Source: Eledone cirrhosa
Lineage: Eukaryota
NCBI GenBank assembly: GCA_964016885.1
Contig: OZ024740.1
Span: 265,050,001-265,114,000 of the forward strand
Reading direction: 5' to 3'
DNA: 64,000 nucleotides
Under the pieces are notes generated by a model. It was given only the letters and a program-made list of their open reading frames with translations. It did no database searches and had not been told where the DNA came from. Shown here piece after piece: positions 13,186 through 28,400 of the stretch (position 1 is its first letter; every line of letters begins with the position of its first letter). The translations under genes were made by a program, and so were the position numbers.

Positions 13186-14444
13186 CATACCCATGATATC
13201 GTTGAAAATGGACATGAAACGATGATGATGATGATGATGTATGCCGTGTTTTTACTTGTATATACGTATTTAAATAGCATACACGCACACAGCCATAGAG
13301 AGAGCGAATGAGGAACAAAGAGACCGAGAGTTGTGTGTGTTTGTGTGTGTTTGCATGTGTGTGACAGTGCGTGTGAGTGCGTGTGTCTGTGTTTCTCTGT
13401 GTGTGTGAATGTGTTTGTGTGTGTGTGAGAGAGAGTATAGAAATATTATTTACTTAGTTGTTAATTTATTTGTGAATTTAATGATATTTTATACCCGTCT
13501 TGGTAAATCTGCAGCCCATTTGGCTCTGAATATCACGCCTAATTTCAAAATTGAATTGAGTTTTTTAGTAGTATGATGAGCCAGGTCCTATGCGGCTTAC
13601 TGCTCAAAAACTGCCCATACCTGTTTTATAGTATTCTTCCCTTTAAATATTCAAATTCAAAATTAACAAGTATTCCGAATTAGAAAATTAAGTACAACAA
13701 TAGAAAATAATCAAATATATATGCAGTAATACAATTAGATACGAATGGTAAAAAACATGAAGAAAGTCTTCCATAGATATATACGTTTAGAGAAATAATT
13801 TTATGCAGTATTCAGTCACATTTACATACAATTGAACACTTACATACATACATATATATATATACAAAATTCAATCATACATACATCCATACATACATAT
13901 AAATAACACACACACACATATATATATACACACACATATATATATATGTGTGCGTGTCCCCGTGTGTATGTGTATATGTGTGTGAGTATGAATGTGTGTG
14001 CGTGTATGTGTGTCTGTATGTGTGTGTGATTTATTTTATTACAAGTAAGCATAAAATAATTTGTTTCTATCTGACTATGGATGCATGCAATCATGAGTTT
14101 CTATGTTTGATCCCACTGTGTGATATTTTGTGCAAGTGTCCTTAGCATAGCAATGGGTTAACCCAAGCACGTCTGATATATTCAGCCTGCTATTCTAAGT
14201 TCTGTTACACTTTGGTCGATTGGTATATAGCCTGTAGCTCCAAACATGTATTTTAAGTAGTAGATCTGTAAGCTCTTCTGCAATAGTCGGTAAACATCGA
14301 TCTTCTTTTGTATTCATCTTATTACATTCTTCACTGCAATTTCACCGTATAAGAGCACTCGGGATATTTTTAAAAGTTAGGACATCCTCTGCCGGGATAC
14401 CAGACATCTCCAATAATTTGTTTTATATATATATATATATATAT

Positions 14445-14635
14445 AAATGAAAGGTATAGAAAGTATTGTAGCAAGATGCCAACAGTATTCCATAATATAT
14501 AAGCGACTATAGCGTCAAAATGGGAAAATAGTTAACGTAAGATGTGGGAAAAATAATTCAAACTCAATCCAAAAAGAATGAGGATATAGATTTATCCAAC
14601 AGAATTTAGTGAAATCCAGGGAGAAATCAATATAT
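14445..14635. repeat. Dispersed (TA)n-embedded repeat
   Basis: Alignable by eye to 48765-48955 (GGAAAAATAATTCAAACTCA, CAGAATTTAGT..AATCCAGGGA); both copies flanked by (TA)n. Confidence 0.7.
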
Positions 14636-15783
14636 ATATATATATGGTCCTCTGAAATAGTGATATATATATATGAATGTATATATAGTGTATTTTGCAA
14701 TACAGTGTATGCTTAATTAAAAGCCCTTTGTTTGCTGAAAAAAGAAGTAAGTCAATGCTTGATCAGAGCTGCTTATCTTTAAAAAGCTTAGGTGCTTACA
14801 ATTCTTCATTTTCAGCACATAGTGTTATGGGTGAATAATTTGATTGTAACACCCAAATATTAAAAGGCCCGTTTTCGTTGACAGTTTTGGTTGACGTGAT
14901 AGTATCTGTAACTTGGCGACAGCTCGTGAATGGGAGGAAACTATATTCACTATGGTATAATTAATCACCATGGCTTTCATTGGTTTGTGAAATTAAAATT
15001 TCAATAAAAATGTATAGAATATTGTTAACAGGCAATGGTTTAAAATTACCACGCAGGCCGCTCCGTATTTACTTGTAAGATTAAAGCGCTTTTATTCCAA
15101 CCACCACATGCATCCTTTAACAAAAGACTACACTCTCCGTTATGAACGCCACCTGCTGTTAAATAATTCTATGCCATTCACTGTTTATAATATTCCATGA
15201 TTTTTTAAGGAAGCTATGATACCACTGGAATTTCTATCGAAAGTATAAAATCCTATTTGTATCCATCAGGCAGAATTACTTACATTCACCAGCAGGCACT
15301 GAGTTAGAAATCCATGTGGCACAAAAGGGCTATTGAGAATGTGCTTATATTAGAAATCAGCCCACTTCTGAAACATAGGTATATCGATAAGATTTCCTGT
15401 TACTCGTCAATAATGTTTTTAAAACCATTAACAACATAGACCAGCACACTTAACATACAAAACAATAAGCAAAATCCTATTCATAACATCGAAAAGACCA
15501 GAACAAACAGGAACAAGAAAACATATCCCTTAGAGCTGGCATCAAAGTCAAATCGAAAACAGAAAGCCGGCTTCCCAATATTCTTTTAATGCTGCAAAAT
15601 CGCGAGTCATATTTCTATGGCTGACAAGCTTACGTCACCAGGTCATGACGAAAGACATATGACAACGTTTTCAGATGTTATTCGCATAAAATATTCAGTA
15701 ATAAGTTACTGTGTTATATATATATAAGGAAAAAAGATGAAATCGAAAATGCAACTGGAGTCTTTTTAAGAATATTTATTTGG

Positions 15784-15827
15784 TTCCTTTACCGGTTTCG
15801 CAGTTCTTGTGCTTTTCAAAAGTAGAA
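15784..15827 (-). ncRNA. Minimal hammerhead with U3-A8 core variant
   Basis: UUCUACUU-UUGAAAA-GCA CAAGAAC UGC-GAAACCGGUA-AAGGAA; palindromic stem III ACCGGU; GUA site. Confidence 0.55.
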
Positions 15828-15864
15828 TTGAGATGGTGGGGTTCTCGCATCTGGTTGGTGTTTC

Positions 15865-16540
15865 TACTTTTAGCATAAGGCCAGCAATTATCCAAGTGCA
15901 TTACTGGTACTTTATTTTATCGACCCCGTACGGATGAAAGGCAAAGTTAACCTCGGTGGAATTTGAACTAAAAAAGTAAAGGGACGTAACTCTATACTGC
16001 AAAGCATGGTGTCCGGCTCTCTACCGATAGTGCCAATCCACCGCACTTATCAATCAATAACACAATATACAAAAAATACCGAGATTGATAGAATCGACTA
16101 TTCTTGTCACAATTCCTGGACTAGAGCGTCAGACAACATGCTCTGTTGCATATAACTACAGCTCTTAATGTTCTGAGTTCAAATCCCGCGATGTTTAGCT
16201 TTGCCTTTCATCCTTACGTAAACGATGAAATAAAGCGCCAGTAAAGAACTGCGATTGATTTAATCGACTTCCTCATTCCCTACAATGTTGCTGGCCCTGT
16301 CCCAAATGTAGAAACATGTATTATGGGGCAGTCGACTGATAGAATCATTAGTGCACCGTATGAAAATGATCGCAATGTTTCGTTACGGTCCTCAACATTC
16401 TGATTTCGAATCCCACTGTGGTCAACTTTCCATTTCATCCTTCTGATGTCGATAAGATAAAGTATAAGTAAAGTACTGAATCGATATAACCAATATTCGC
16501 GCGCCTATAAATTGCTTGACTTATGCCTAAATTAGATATA
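15865..16540. mobile_element. Cluster of three SINE family B copies (one minus, two plus)
   Basis: Repeated B-box plus TTTGCCTTTCATCC / ATAAAGTACCAGT core at ~15900-15970 (minus), ~16170-16250 and ~16400-16480. Confidence 0.7.
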
Positions 16541-16781
16541 TAAAGACATATATGTAAGCAAAGTTATTCAGTCTTACTGAATGTCTATATTTCTGTGTGA
16601 AAATACATTAATGCTATTTGCCTGATTTTCTGTTTGTGGTCATGGAATGTTGGCCTCCCCAACCTATTTAGATAGCTATTAATTCAATATCGGGAAAAAA
16701 ATACATAATCACTTAATCGACTTTTAAACCGCAAAGAATCATAGCAACTATCTTTATTGTTATAGTTTATTTTCAACCATT

Positions 16782-16826
<45 letters not shown>

Positions 16827-16924
16827 AAATAAACATACGCTTGTACGTTTAAATGTGTATGTGTGGATACATTTACGCTTTCGGAAAATATCGTGCTTTT
16901 GCTTATTTTTATTTTTGATCATTT

Positions 16925-17010
<86 letters not shown>

Positions 17011-17469
17011 TGTATGTATGTATGTATGTGTGTGTGTGTGTGTGTGTATGAGAGAGAGTGTGTTTTTGTCTGTATATATGTATATATGTATGTAGTAATT
17101 CTTTGATGTTTCACAAACGCCAATTAGCTAAATCTGTAAATGTTCAGAATCTATAGTGATGAACATTTTATTTGCATATGTGATGTTATATTTTTTTTCT
17201 ATTTCGATACATTATATATATATCCATCGGGGTATATTCACATTAACAATGATGATAGAGATATCGGTTTGTTCTTCTTCCATTCAGCAGGTAAGGCGCA
17301 GAATTGAAGCAACTTGTTTAACTACACAAAGGAAAGAAAGTGTCTATTGGTAAGTTTCGAGAAATCTAATACTCTTTCTCTAATAAAGATGAAATAGAAA
17401 ATAAAGTTATACAGACATGCAACAACAACAACAACAACAACAACAATAATATTAATACTAATGATAATA

Positions 17470-20400
17470 ATAATTTCATTATTAGCCACAAATGCCTACA
17501 TATACGGGACAATAGAATAGACAAGGACAGTGGGGGGTTTTCATAAATAATCGTGTAAAAAATATTAATAACAATAACAAAATAACAATAAAAATTCAAT
17601 GTAAATTTCCAATATGGAGGATAACCACACAGGTGTGATTCAGACACACCACAAACTCTGAATCACCCGACACTTCGGTGGCACCCGGGAAGGGTACCAC
17701 TTTCCTCCTCGAATTTGCCAATAAACAGTCATATGCTCAGAGTAGCCCCATTAACACAAGTCATTCTCGCTACATTCTTCACCCACTTTTAGCAAGTGTA
17801 CTGGTGGGCAGCACTTCTTTCTCCGCCCTTACCTTCCTTTCCAAGTGAAACTTGAAAAACCGATGAAGCATTGGCCGAAGAGAAAGGTGTCTGTCTTCGG
17901 TCTTTTCAAACTTGTCCACCCCACAATCGCATTCGCTACCGCCAACAGACATAGAAAAGTTGCCTAGCCTTCCTGGCCAAAAAATGCGGGTCGAACCAGA
18001 TCCGTTCTACACGTGACAACAATCTTTCGACATAACTCCACAATTCAACAATGCACGGACAGAACGGTTTCGTCGTTCTACGCGCATCTCTGGCAGGTCC
18101 GTCTAACTGCAATTCCGTGCGTGTACAGTTTATCTCAAACCAGCAGTGCCCCCCCCCCCCCCCCCGTAGCACTGCTAAACGAGGGATTTCTGGAAGATAT
18201 CCATCGTCCCCGGCTCGAAAGTCCTCCGGAACTGACTGGTCAGTGTGACCTCCTCGAGACTCAGAGCCTCTTCGAATGAATGATCACACTTGCCCACCAC
18301 TACTCCTCTATAAAACTAGTGAGTGGAAATTCTACTGACCACATTATCCTCCTGGTAGAGGGCAGTGAGCTCCTGGCAGCATTCCAGATGCCAGGCACCC
18401 AGTCACGGTCTCTTCATGACTCAGAACTGCAGCTCAGTCAAAGAGATGAGTTGCGGATAGGCCTGTATCACAAATGGTGACCACACCTGTTCACCGTTTG
18501 GGCAGAATATCTGGAGATGCAGCAGCCTCAGCGAGTGTTTGTGCATCATTAGTCACGGCATACCCAGCCCTCCACGTTGTGTGTGCTGGCAGCAAATGGA
18601 CCGCTTCACCAACGGCACCAGTCCCATCCACAAGAAATTAAAGATAAGCCGTTCCAATTTGGTGAGGCACGAACGGGGGTAAGGCATGACGGTCAGACGG
18701 TAGTAGATGACGGAGGCGATGTATGCATTTGCCACCTCCACCTGAAAATTCAGGCCGATTTCTAGGTGAGAGTGGCTACCCTGATCGTAACCTCGTCCCA
18801 ATTCATATCCACCTGGTGGTCTGGTCCGAACTAAAGCCAGAGCAACTTTACCGGTCCATTCGTCCAGCAAATTTGGACGGCATGTACTTGCTCCAGGTGC
18901 CGAGCTGCAAGCATACCGACTTTTCCGGGTTTAGTTTTACAACCGTCAACCTTTCATATTCCTCCATGACGGTGCCAACCACCTCGATACCCGAGGTGTA
19001 CGACACCATCACGGTGATATCGTCCGCATATTCCGACACAGCTTTTCCTCGGCTCGGTTCGAGCGGGATGCTTTGCAACAGCTCCAGCTTCCGCAGTAAG
19101 AGCTAGAGGGTAAATGCGTACAGGAAGGGGGAGAGAGGAGCGCCATGACAGACCGATCTGGAGATCTGAAACGATTCTGAAAGATGGCTATTAACTTTGT
19201 CCTCCGATCAGATGCTGCTGTGCATTGCAGCGATCCAGTCTCTGAAGACGGGACAGAAGCCAGCTGCCTTGAGGTACCGGCCATCCAGGTACCGTTGGTC
19301 AACCATATCGAAACATTTCTATTGATCTAAATTGATCAGAACTCCACTGAAGCCATATTTACACTCTATCCTCTCTATTATGTATCGCATAAGGTTGAGG
19401 TTGTCTCTGTGGACCTGTTTGGTATTATACAGTTTGAGCCTCCTTTACCAAATCCTCGACGACAAGCACCAATCTCTTGGCTATCACCTTGAACAAAATC
19501 TTAAACTCTGTGTTCAGCAGATTTATGGGTCTAAATTGTTGACCCGGTCCCTGCAAACCTTAAGTGCCAGAGACCTCATGTTCAGCTTCAAGTAACCAGG
19601 TCCTAATCTGCATATTTTATCTAGTTCGACCATATAGATCACAAACTTGTGATCTGAATAGGCGACCGTTTGAAAGAGTGAACATCCTATACTATCCTTA
19701 TTTATTGACCTGATGAATAGGGTCAAGACGTTCCCAGAAAGTGTTCCAGGCGTCTAAAGAAGTCCCGCCGTTCGGCCCCTGTCGGAGCGTAGACGGCCAC
19801 CAGTCTAAAGGCACCACCTTCACTATTGTTCATGTCGAGAAAAAACGAACTTACCATCCTGGTCCCGGAAGATCGAACTTACATCGAGATCCAGGCCTTT
19901 ACTAAATTGCACTGATATCACACCTTGCATTCCTGTCCGACTAAAAGATGCACAGATCTGATAGTCGTCGAAAATGGGGTTAGTGCACGCCTGTTTGAAA
20001 TCCCATTCTCACAGAGGGTAATCACATCCATATTTAGTGACCTGAGGTCGTTCATCAGGCGACCCTTCTTCCATGATAACCCTAGGTCACGAACATTTAA
20101 ACATCCTACTCTTTGGATAACTATGTTAGCAGGCTCAATAAGAAGAGGAAAGGCTTATTTACCTCCTGGGAGCTTGTGGTCTTCCATTGATGGGACGCCA
20201 AATATGCTGGTGCCAAATATTTCCCCCTCTTTTTCTATGTCTTTCTTTCGTGCTATCAAGGCCAGGAAATCCTTGTTAGCCATTCTTATTAGCACGAAGT
20301 TGTGTTTTGATTTATTCATGTGATTGCTGTGGTTTTTTGCGGTGGAGGTTGTGGTTGTGGTGGTATTGATGTTGTGGGAGTGTTTGTTGTGCGTGTGGCA

Positions 20401-21195
20401 TCTGTGGTTTCAGTTGTTCGTGTAAGTGGGAAGTTTTTGGTTTTCTTTATCTTTTTCTTTTGTTTTCGTTTTTTAATTTATTTATTTATTTATTTTTTAC
20501 TTTCTTTGTCTGTTCCTCGTCTTCGCAACTGGAAGTCCAGGTGCCTGTGTCGGTAAGTGTATCTGTGCCTGTGTGTGTGTTTGTGTTTGTGTCACTGTAT
20601 GTAATTTTTGTAGGGGGGGGGGGTCTTCCCTCGTTTTCCCCCGGGTTGGTTTTGGTGTTGCTGGTGGCTCAACTGGTCTTTCTATTGTTGGTGGTGCTGC
20701 CGATGTCGGTATTGGTGGAGATTTTCGTCCCGGCACTGGCATTTTCGTCAACAGAGACATGCGGCCCCTTGCATTTTTGAGCTGAGCGCAGAAGGCTCGC
20801 AGACAGGTTGTTTTCCCGCAGACGAAGCTATCTAGACTTCTGCCATCAGTGATCAATTGTATCATGGATCCGTCTTGAAGACACATATAGTCCGTGATGT
20901 TTTTGAGTTCTTCTGCTTTGATTTAGCGAAGAATCTTCAAATCCATCCCGGATCAGTCCTCTTTCGATAATTTTCTAACCAGGAGCCACCTTAGGTTCAG
21001 TCCTGGCGTCATCCTGGAAATGTGGACCTTTACAGTCCTTCTGCCTACGTGAGACGGGTAAATGACTATACGGTCTGTTCTACAGGCCACAGGGGGACAT
21101 ACTATGAACACTTTGCAGCAAAAATCAAATACGATTTCAAATAAAAGCAAACTCAAATTTACAAACTCACGGTGCCTCTAAAAATGTGTCGACGA
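17470..21195 (-). pseudogene. Decayed near-full-length Tx1-like LINE
   Basis: Fragmented ORFs homologous to 5941-11184 (VANAYIASVIYYRLTV, SEYADDITV, YSDHK..GPGYLKLN, YPSHVGRRT); many frameshifts; ends in (ATT)n/(GTT)n. Confidence 0.88.
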
Positions 21196-21214
21196 CAAAT
21201 AATATTAATAAAGA

Positions 21215-22915
21215 TTTCTTTATTAGCCACACAGGGCTCAATTTAAAGATACATTAATGAGGTACAGAACGATACAGTGTTGTTTTTTGTGTGAAATAAA
21301 ATTTATATAAGAGATTAAGTAAAGAAACATTAAAAAAATAAACAAACATAACAAATCCCCAAAAGTGAGGAGACTCCAAGTGTTTCTTGTGGTGCAAGCC
21401 CATAGTTTTCCTCATTCAATACTACAGGTACACGCTCAGGGCAGGCCCATTCTTTCCTCTCTCACCCACATTTCAACGAACTAGCCGGAAAGCAGCAATT
21501 CCCTCACCACTCTGATTTTCCTTCTCAGGTGAAACCTGAAAAAGTTAGTGAGAGTAGTTGAAGAGATAAGTGCCCGTCTTCAACCCTTCCAGACCCGTCC
21601 ACCATACGACCTCTTTCACCATAGCCACAAGGCAGATAAAAACCGCTTGCCCTTCCTGGTAAAAAGGAGGACAGTGGAGCAATCTTCATGAAGGACTTAG
21701 ATGATAGCCGGATCCATCTTACACACGACAGCAGATAGATGTTTAACACAAACACACGTCAGTGATTCTCAAATACCAGACGAGTGCGTGCAGGACGGTC
21801 TCGTCGCCCCTCGTGCCTCTCGGACAGGTCCAACTGACGGCACTTCCATGCCTTTAAATTTTATCTCGAACTGGCAACGGTAACTGGTAGCACTGTCAGG
21901 CCATCTATTTATGGACGTTATTCATTGGCCCTAGACCGAAATTCCTTCGTAATATTATTGCTAGTTGACTTTCGTCGACACAGAATTTCCCCAAGGACAT
22001 CGTCGCTTTTGTCCTCCACTAACCCTCTATAGAAGCCGAGGTGGGGTTTCCACCGATCGCAAATCCCGATAGACAAGGGGCAGTGAGCGCTTGGCGACAT
22101 TCCAGTTTCCAAGTGCTCCTTCTTGGTCTGCGCCTGACCAAGGATTGCAAGGATTCCGTCAAGGAGACTAGCTGAGGAAAAACGTGCCTAGCGAAAGTCG
22201 ACCACACCTGTTCACCGTCTAGGGAAATCTAGAGATCTCGTAGTCTCAACGCATGTCTGCACATCATCAGCGACACCAGGCCAAGTCCTCGACTTTACAG
22301 TTGTTGACAGCAGACTGATCGTCTGACCATCGGGTTGCGTCTCTTCCACAAAACGCGAAAAGACAACGTTCCAGTGCAGTCAGACGAAGCTTAGGACTAG
22401 ACACGATGGTCACGCGATAACAGTTGACGAACGCGACGTACGCGTTCGCCACCTCCACGCGACCGTTCAGAGATAGCTTTCTCTCGGCCTAATTTTGGGT
22501 GAGAGAGGTCATCCTACTCGTCACTTCGTCCCAGTTTCTGGACCAAACCAGACACCTAGCAGTTTAACCGGTAAGTCCGTCCAGCGTCCCACGACGTTGT
22601 TGATCGGCAGGTGCCGAGCTGCAGCCCAACTTACTTTTTCTGGTTAATCTTTGCTCCTGTCACCACCTCATCTTTTCTTTGGGTACAGCCGATCGCCTCG
22701 ATTTGTTTGGCGTTCGACACTACTATGGTGACGTCATCGGCATAAGCTGACACGATTCTCCCGCGCGGGATGCCCTCAATATCTCCAGTTTGTGCAGTAA
22801 TGGCTCTAGAGTCAATAAATACAACAAGGTGGAGATGAGACAACCTTGGCAGAGAGCGCGCATGGTGTTGAAAGGTTCCGAAAGGTGACCGTTCAGTCTC
22901 ACCAAAGAGCAGATG
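21215..22915 (-). pseudogene. 5'-truncated decayed Tx1-like LINE
   Basis: VRLNGHLSEPF..QGC, SAYADDVT, EVANAYVA fragments; 3' end GCCCTGTGTGGCTAATAAAGAAA like the other copies. Confidence 0.85.
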
Positions 22916-25485
22916 TATGGTAAATGATAAACAAGAATCTAAAACCATATTCGCCTATTCTTTTTTCTCTTATGTATGTATGTATGTGCATTTGTTATAA
23001 ACATCGGCATTGTAAATATTCTTATCACCTATCTATGATAGTTTGATAACGTGTAGAATTAAATGTTTCTGACTGAAACACATCCCCTGTACAACGCGGA
23101 ATGGAAAGGCAGCAATTGATTATATATATTTAGTTGGGCAGTTGGCAAGAAAGTGAGATCATGATAGGTTGAAGAATTTAGAATACTTATATTTATGTTG
23201 CTATTGTTGGTTATCTATTTACGTATATAATAACGCATTTCGTGAACAAATTAATGCGGTGTTGATTACATGTGTCTATGGGGTCAACTGCTGGTGCATC
23301 ACTAACAAAACAAACTCCACAATTAATTTTTGTTCTGTGGGTTTTTAGTTCAGACACGCTTTAATTATTGAGTTGAGCTGATAAAAATTGCTCTGGTCAT
23401 GGTTGTTCTATGCTTTTTAAACAGTTCCTCTTCCACTTTGTATCCTTCTCTGGAAGAAATTTGCTTTACTCAGACGTGGAGAAATGAGATTCACCAACGG
23501 TAAAAATGTCCTAGATATGCCGTATGTTAATACGGCACCACTACGACACCCGCAGATGTGACGTCATCATGACATTCTATGCCGTCTTTAGATATTCAAA
23601 TATCTTTGGAACCAGCTTTATTTTAACATATTTACTATTCTGGAAGTCACTGAATACATCGAATGGACGTTGTATGTCGAAAAGCGAAATATTGAAATAG
23701 TAGTTTGACAAGTAGAAACGAAAGAAAGATAAAAGAAATGAAGAAAGAATAGCAGAAAAACAAATATTATGAATGAGGAAGATTTCGTCCATAATGTGAA
23801 CAGTTCAAGTTAGTTATTTAGTTAAATGGATTTCTGGAAGGCTGAAGTCACATTGGAATGTGAAATCATCCATCTGAAAACATTGTAAATCGATAGACAC
23901 TTTAACAGCTGCATGTATAACAATTAAGATGTGGGGTCATACATAAACGTACATGATTGCAAGCGAAATTTTGTTTACAATGAGGCATCAATAGCATAGT
24001 ATATATTGCAAATTTTAGAATAACAAATCTAGACTATTGTGTAAAAGTTTCACAGAATAAACTGTTAGAAGATTGTGCAAGTCTCTTCGGTGTTGTTTTT
24101 GTGATTATTGTCTTTGAAGTAACAGCACTTTCTGGAAGCAACAACGTTCTGTGGTATTTCCATGAAAAGAGAGCGAGTAACTAAAGGGTGTGATTATGTC
24201 ACTATTGCAATAGTAACAGCAACCAAAATGATATACAACACGCCTTTTTCTGCCTAAGGGCTTCCTTTATTTGACATTCTAGTAATATCATACATTGATT
24301 CTAAATAAATTGGTCTTGCTGTTTAGCAAATTAATTTTCGGCATTGAATTGTTGTTATTGTCAAAAGCAAATACCCATTCCATGGTGATAAATGTATCTA
24401 GGATCAACGTTACTGGTCAAATCTAAACAAATTATGGAATCTATTAAGAACAAAATTCACCCTCACCTCCTTTATATAAAGATAAATCTTAAGTGAAATA
24501 TGGAATGTTTATTATTATAAATAAACCATATTTGATGTTTTTGATAAATATAATGAAAATATCAAAATAATTCATAATATATAGTTTATTTATATATATT
24601 ATCTATTTTATTTATATATTCTATCGCATTATTGTTAAACAATGATGTCTATTGATACATGTAACCATTGGACTAATGTGTGCTATACTGAATTTCTGGC
24701 AGAAACCAATATTACACATGGTATGTTTATTTACAAACACTCGATTTCCTGTTTCATCTCCACTCTTTACATCTTTTCCGATACATACTTTACATCTTTT
24801 CCGATACATATGTGCAGATATTTCTTCACAAATCCCACAGCATTGGAGGTGTGGCAACACGACCGGTTGGAGGTACATGCTTACAAATCTACGTGAAGGC
24901 AGCTCGAGTCTTATCCTAACGTCGCTGCATAGTTAACCTGAACAACATGTTTCGTCCGAGTCATGAACATTTGAGCAACACCTTTTGGTGACGCACTACA
25001 CACACATACCACACGAGAAGAGTCTAGAAACGGTGACCTAAATAAGCTGTTCGGTTATCAAACTGACCAGCAGCCTGCAGTTGACGGTAGTTTATAATAG
25101 CAGAGAATTCGATGAAGAGGTGGCTGTCTTCTGTAAAGAAGTGGCAGTCACCACATTATATATATATATGTGTCTGTGTGTGTGTGTGTATGTGAGCGTC
25201 TGTGTATCTGTGTGAGTGTGTGTTTGTATGTGTGTAAAAGTTATATGGAGAGAGACTTTAAGATGGTAAAACCCTATCTTAAAATATGTATATTTTCCTG
25301 CATATTCTTTGCTCTATTTATGTGTACAAAATGCTATGTCTTTCTCAAACAATACATGCCGGTGTCTCTCTCCATATATCTTTTAACTTCTTTTATAATT
25401 GATGCTCTGAACTAATGTCCATTGCTCTTTTTTATTAAGAAACATGACCATCATGCGTTTAATATGTATCGAAACATTAACATAG

Positions 25486-25552
<67 letters not shown>

Positions 25553-25924
25553 CTTTGGTTAAGCCGATGCTGTAATACAAGCCGCACGATGATATCGAAT
25601 CTGGAACCAAGTGGTCTTCTTATCTACATAGCTTTGCCTGCATTAATTTTATCATACACTCTATATACTTTATTGATTAGAATCTAATCTGCTATAACAT
25701 CAAGAACACATTTTTTGTTAATTTTGCCTTCATCTAAGAATTATTTGGAAAGTGAAAATAGATCACTTACATAGTTCATAGAGTGCGAATATGTAACTCT
25801 TTTTTGCTTTAGAAGTTTTGGAATATTAATCAAACAAAGAGCATAGAGATATAATGAAGCGATATGTGGTAGTAAATATTCTAACGAATTCTATTTAACA
25901 TTTGTATTTAGATTTCTCTAATAA

Positions 25925-26105
25925 GACTTTCTGATTTAGGCACAAGGCCAACAGTTTTGGGGGAGGTGAAAGACGATTAAATCGATCCTAGTACGTTACT
26001 GGTATTATATTTTATCGACGCTGTAAGGATGAAAAATAAAGATAACGCCGCAAATAAAGATATATGCCGCAAAGTATGTTGTCCGATGCTCTACCGGTCC
26101 ACCAA
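25925..26105 (-). mobile_element. SINE family B fragment
   Basis: Reverse complement of the ATAAA..TACCAGT core and the GGCCTTGTGCCTAAATCAGAAA tail. Confidence 0.55.
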
Positions 26106-26677
26106 CCAAATAAACAAAATAACTGTGATTTATCATTTATTTGTCTTTCTGCAGATGTTATATACTTATATTATGTCACATTTTGTTAAGACAGTTATTT
26201 TAACCAATGGATTTAGTGATAAAAATAATTGACATGCCTTTTGGTTACATCACTGAATAAAACTAATAAGACCAAATTATGCCCGACGTTATCTGCTCTG
26301 CCTGTCGAAATATTCAAAATGCTATTAGTCAGAGTCGAATACGTTTCCTTCACCGCAAAATAATGTTTCCGTTAGCTTGTTAATTATCCCTGCATTTAAT
26401 ATATTAGCACTAACTTAACTGAATTTATTTACTTTTCTAGGTCTATAATTGAAAGATCAAATCTCCGATATTAGGGGCATGGGGTTAGAATTCTCAGAGG
26501 AGAATAGCTACACAGATTTTACGGGTAAAAACAACGGACAGGAAACCCAGGGGTAGACCCCTTGCCTAAACTCGCTTGGGGATAGAGCTGGATCTGTTGG
26601 AAACAGTTGCATCCTATCTGCTGGAAGGAGTGTTTGTAGACTCTCCCTTCCACGACGCCCTCAGGAATAAGTGGCCA

Positions 26678-26704
26678 AAGAAGAAGAAGAAGAAGAAGAA
26701 GAAG

Positions 26705-26734
<30 letters not shown>
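26678..26734 (+). repeat. (AAG)n microsatellite, possibly a retroposon tail
   Basis: Pure AAG run. Confidence 0.85.
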
Positions 26735-26735
<1 letters not shown>

Positions 26736-27381
26736 CGTGTAGTACACGCCTTGCTAAAGTCAAAAAGTCATTCTTGAATAATTTTTCATAGTTAATATTT
26801 TATGCGACCTGTATTAACTGCTCGACATTCTTAATTTATTGAGCTGCTTATGTTATGATTAGTACGCCACGCCCTTTTCTAGCGGATACAACGTCCAGTC
26901 CCATTTGTACCTGCCATCACAGTTAAAAACCTTCTCACACAATGCTGTTTATGGTTTTTGTTTAACTCTTGGATCAGGAGAGACATAGAAGTATTTTGTA
27001 CTCTATACTTTATTTGAACCTATCCCAGAACGAATTCCTTTGGTGATTAGTTTGCATCACCGATAGCTTTACAAAGATCGATAGTCAGTGATCCATAAAG
27101 AAAAGAGAACTTTTCCACCTTAATGTACGTTTTTTCCCAAAATATTATGTGCTTTATATATGTACAAAATGCTATGTCTTTCTCAAACGATATATGGCTC
27201 TCTCTCTCTCTATTTAGATATATCTTTTAATTTGAAATCGTGCTCTGGGCAAATGTCCATTGAGCTTTTCTTACTGAAAAACATAAGACTCATACGTATT
27301 ATATATGTTATGAAACCTTAAATTAATATACATACATATATAATTATATACATATCGTATATATATATATGTATACATATC

Positions 27382-27474
<93 letters not shown>

Positions 27475-27477
27475 CAC

Positions 27478-27547
<70 letters not shown>

Positions 27548-27569
27548 ACATATATATAAATATGTATGC

Positions 27570-27613
<44 letters not shown>

Positions 27614-28209
27614 ACACTTATGTGTGTGTATATATATATATATACATATATATAAATGTATATGTATATATGTATATATACATATATATAAATGTATGTA
27701 TGTATTAAATATGTATGCATACACACGTAGAGATATATGAAATGTTTTATGAATAAATAAATAGGTAAATGTCTGAATGCAATGGAGGAGTTGTAAGTAT
27801 TCATTTTTGTTAAATTTGAACGGAGGGAAAATGCATTCTGGTTATATGAGGCAGTTTCCTCTTGACAAAAATTTATATCTGTTACAATTATATCAAGTGG
27901 CTTATATTTCTTTTTCAGAGATTCAAAGCCCTGTAGAGTTTTATCTATTGTTTTATTAATATTACCCAGAAGTAATTTCTATGAATACTCAAATTTTGAA
28001 AGTTTTGCTTCCAGTAAATTACAGAACAATACTTACTCTAGTACACTTTAAATCCGTTTGATTTGAAATACACAATAAACAATTTCATAATTATAGATAT
28101 CACGTATATATTTCGAAAGAGAATATTATTATGTATCTCATTCCAGTTTTTTAAAATTCTTTTAAGTTTCAGAATTTCTATCTGTATATATTTTTTCTTT
28201 ATATATATA

Positions 28210-28279
<70 letters not shown>

Positions 28280-28344
28280 TGTGTGTGCGCGTGTGTGTGT
28301 GTGTGTGTGCGTGTGTGTGTAATGCACACACACATGTATACTTA

Positions 28345-28400
<56 letters not shown>

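Noticed and set aside
14150-14375. Possible very old LINE C-terminal remnant on the minus strand (VLLYGE..KKIDV)
   Set aside because: Too degenerate to support by eye
15284-15367. Minus-strand segment bounded by TTTCAG acceptor and GTAAGT donor
   Set aside because: Stops in all three frames; no supporting neighbouring exons
17270-17356. Possible small plus-strand exon (pyrimidine tract-CAG ... GTAAGT)
   Set aside because: Splice-like signals only; no recognisable peptide or partner exons
25311-27290. ~140-bp direct duplication (25311-25450 / 27151-27290) as possible LTRs
   Set aside because: No TG..CA ends, primer-binding site or internal coding; looks like an old local duplication or dispersed repeat
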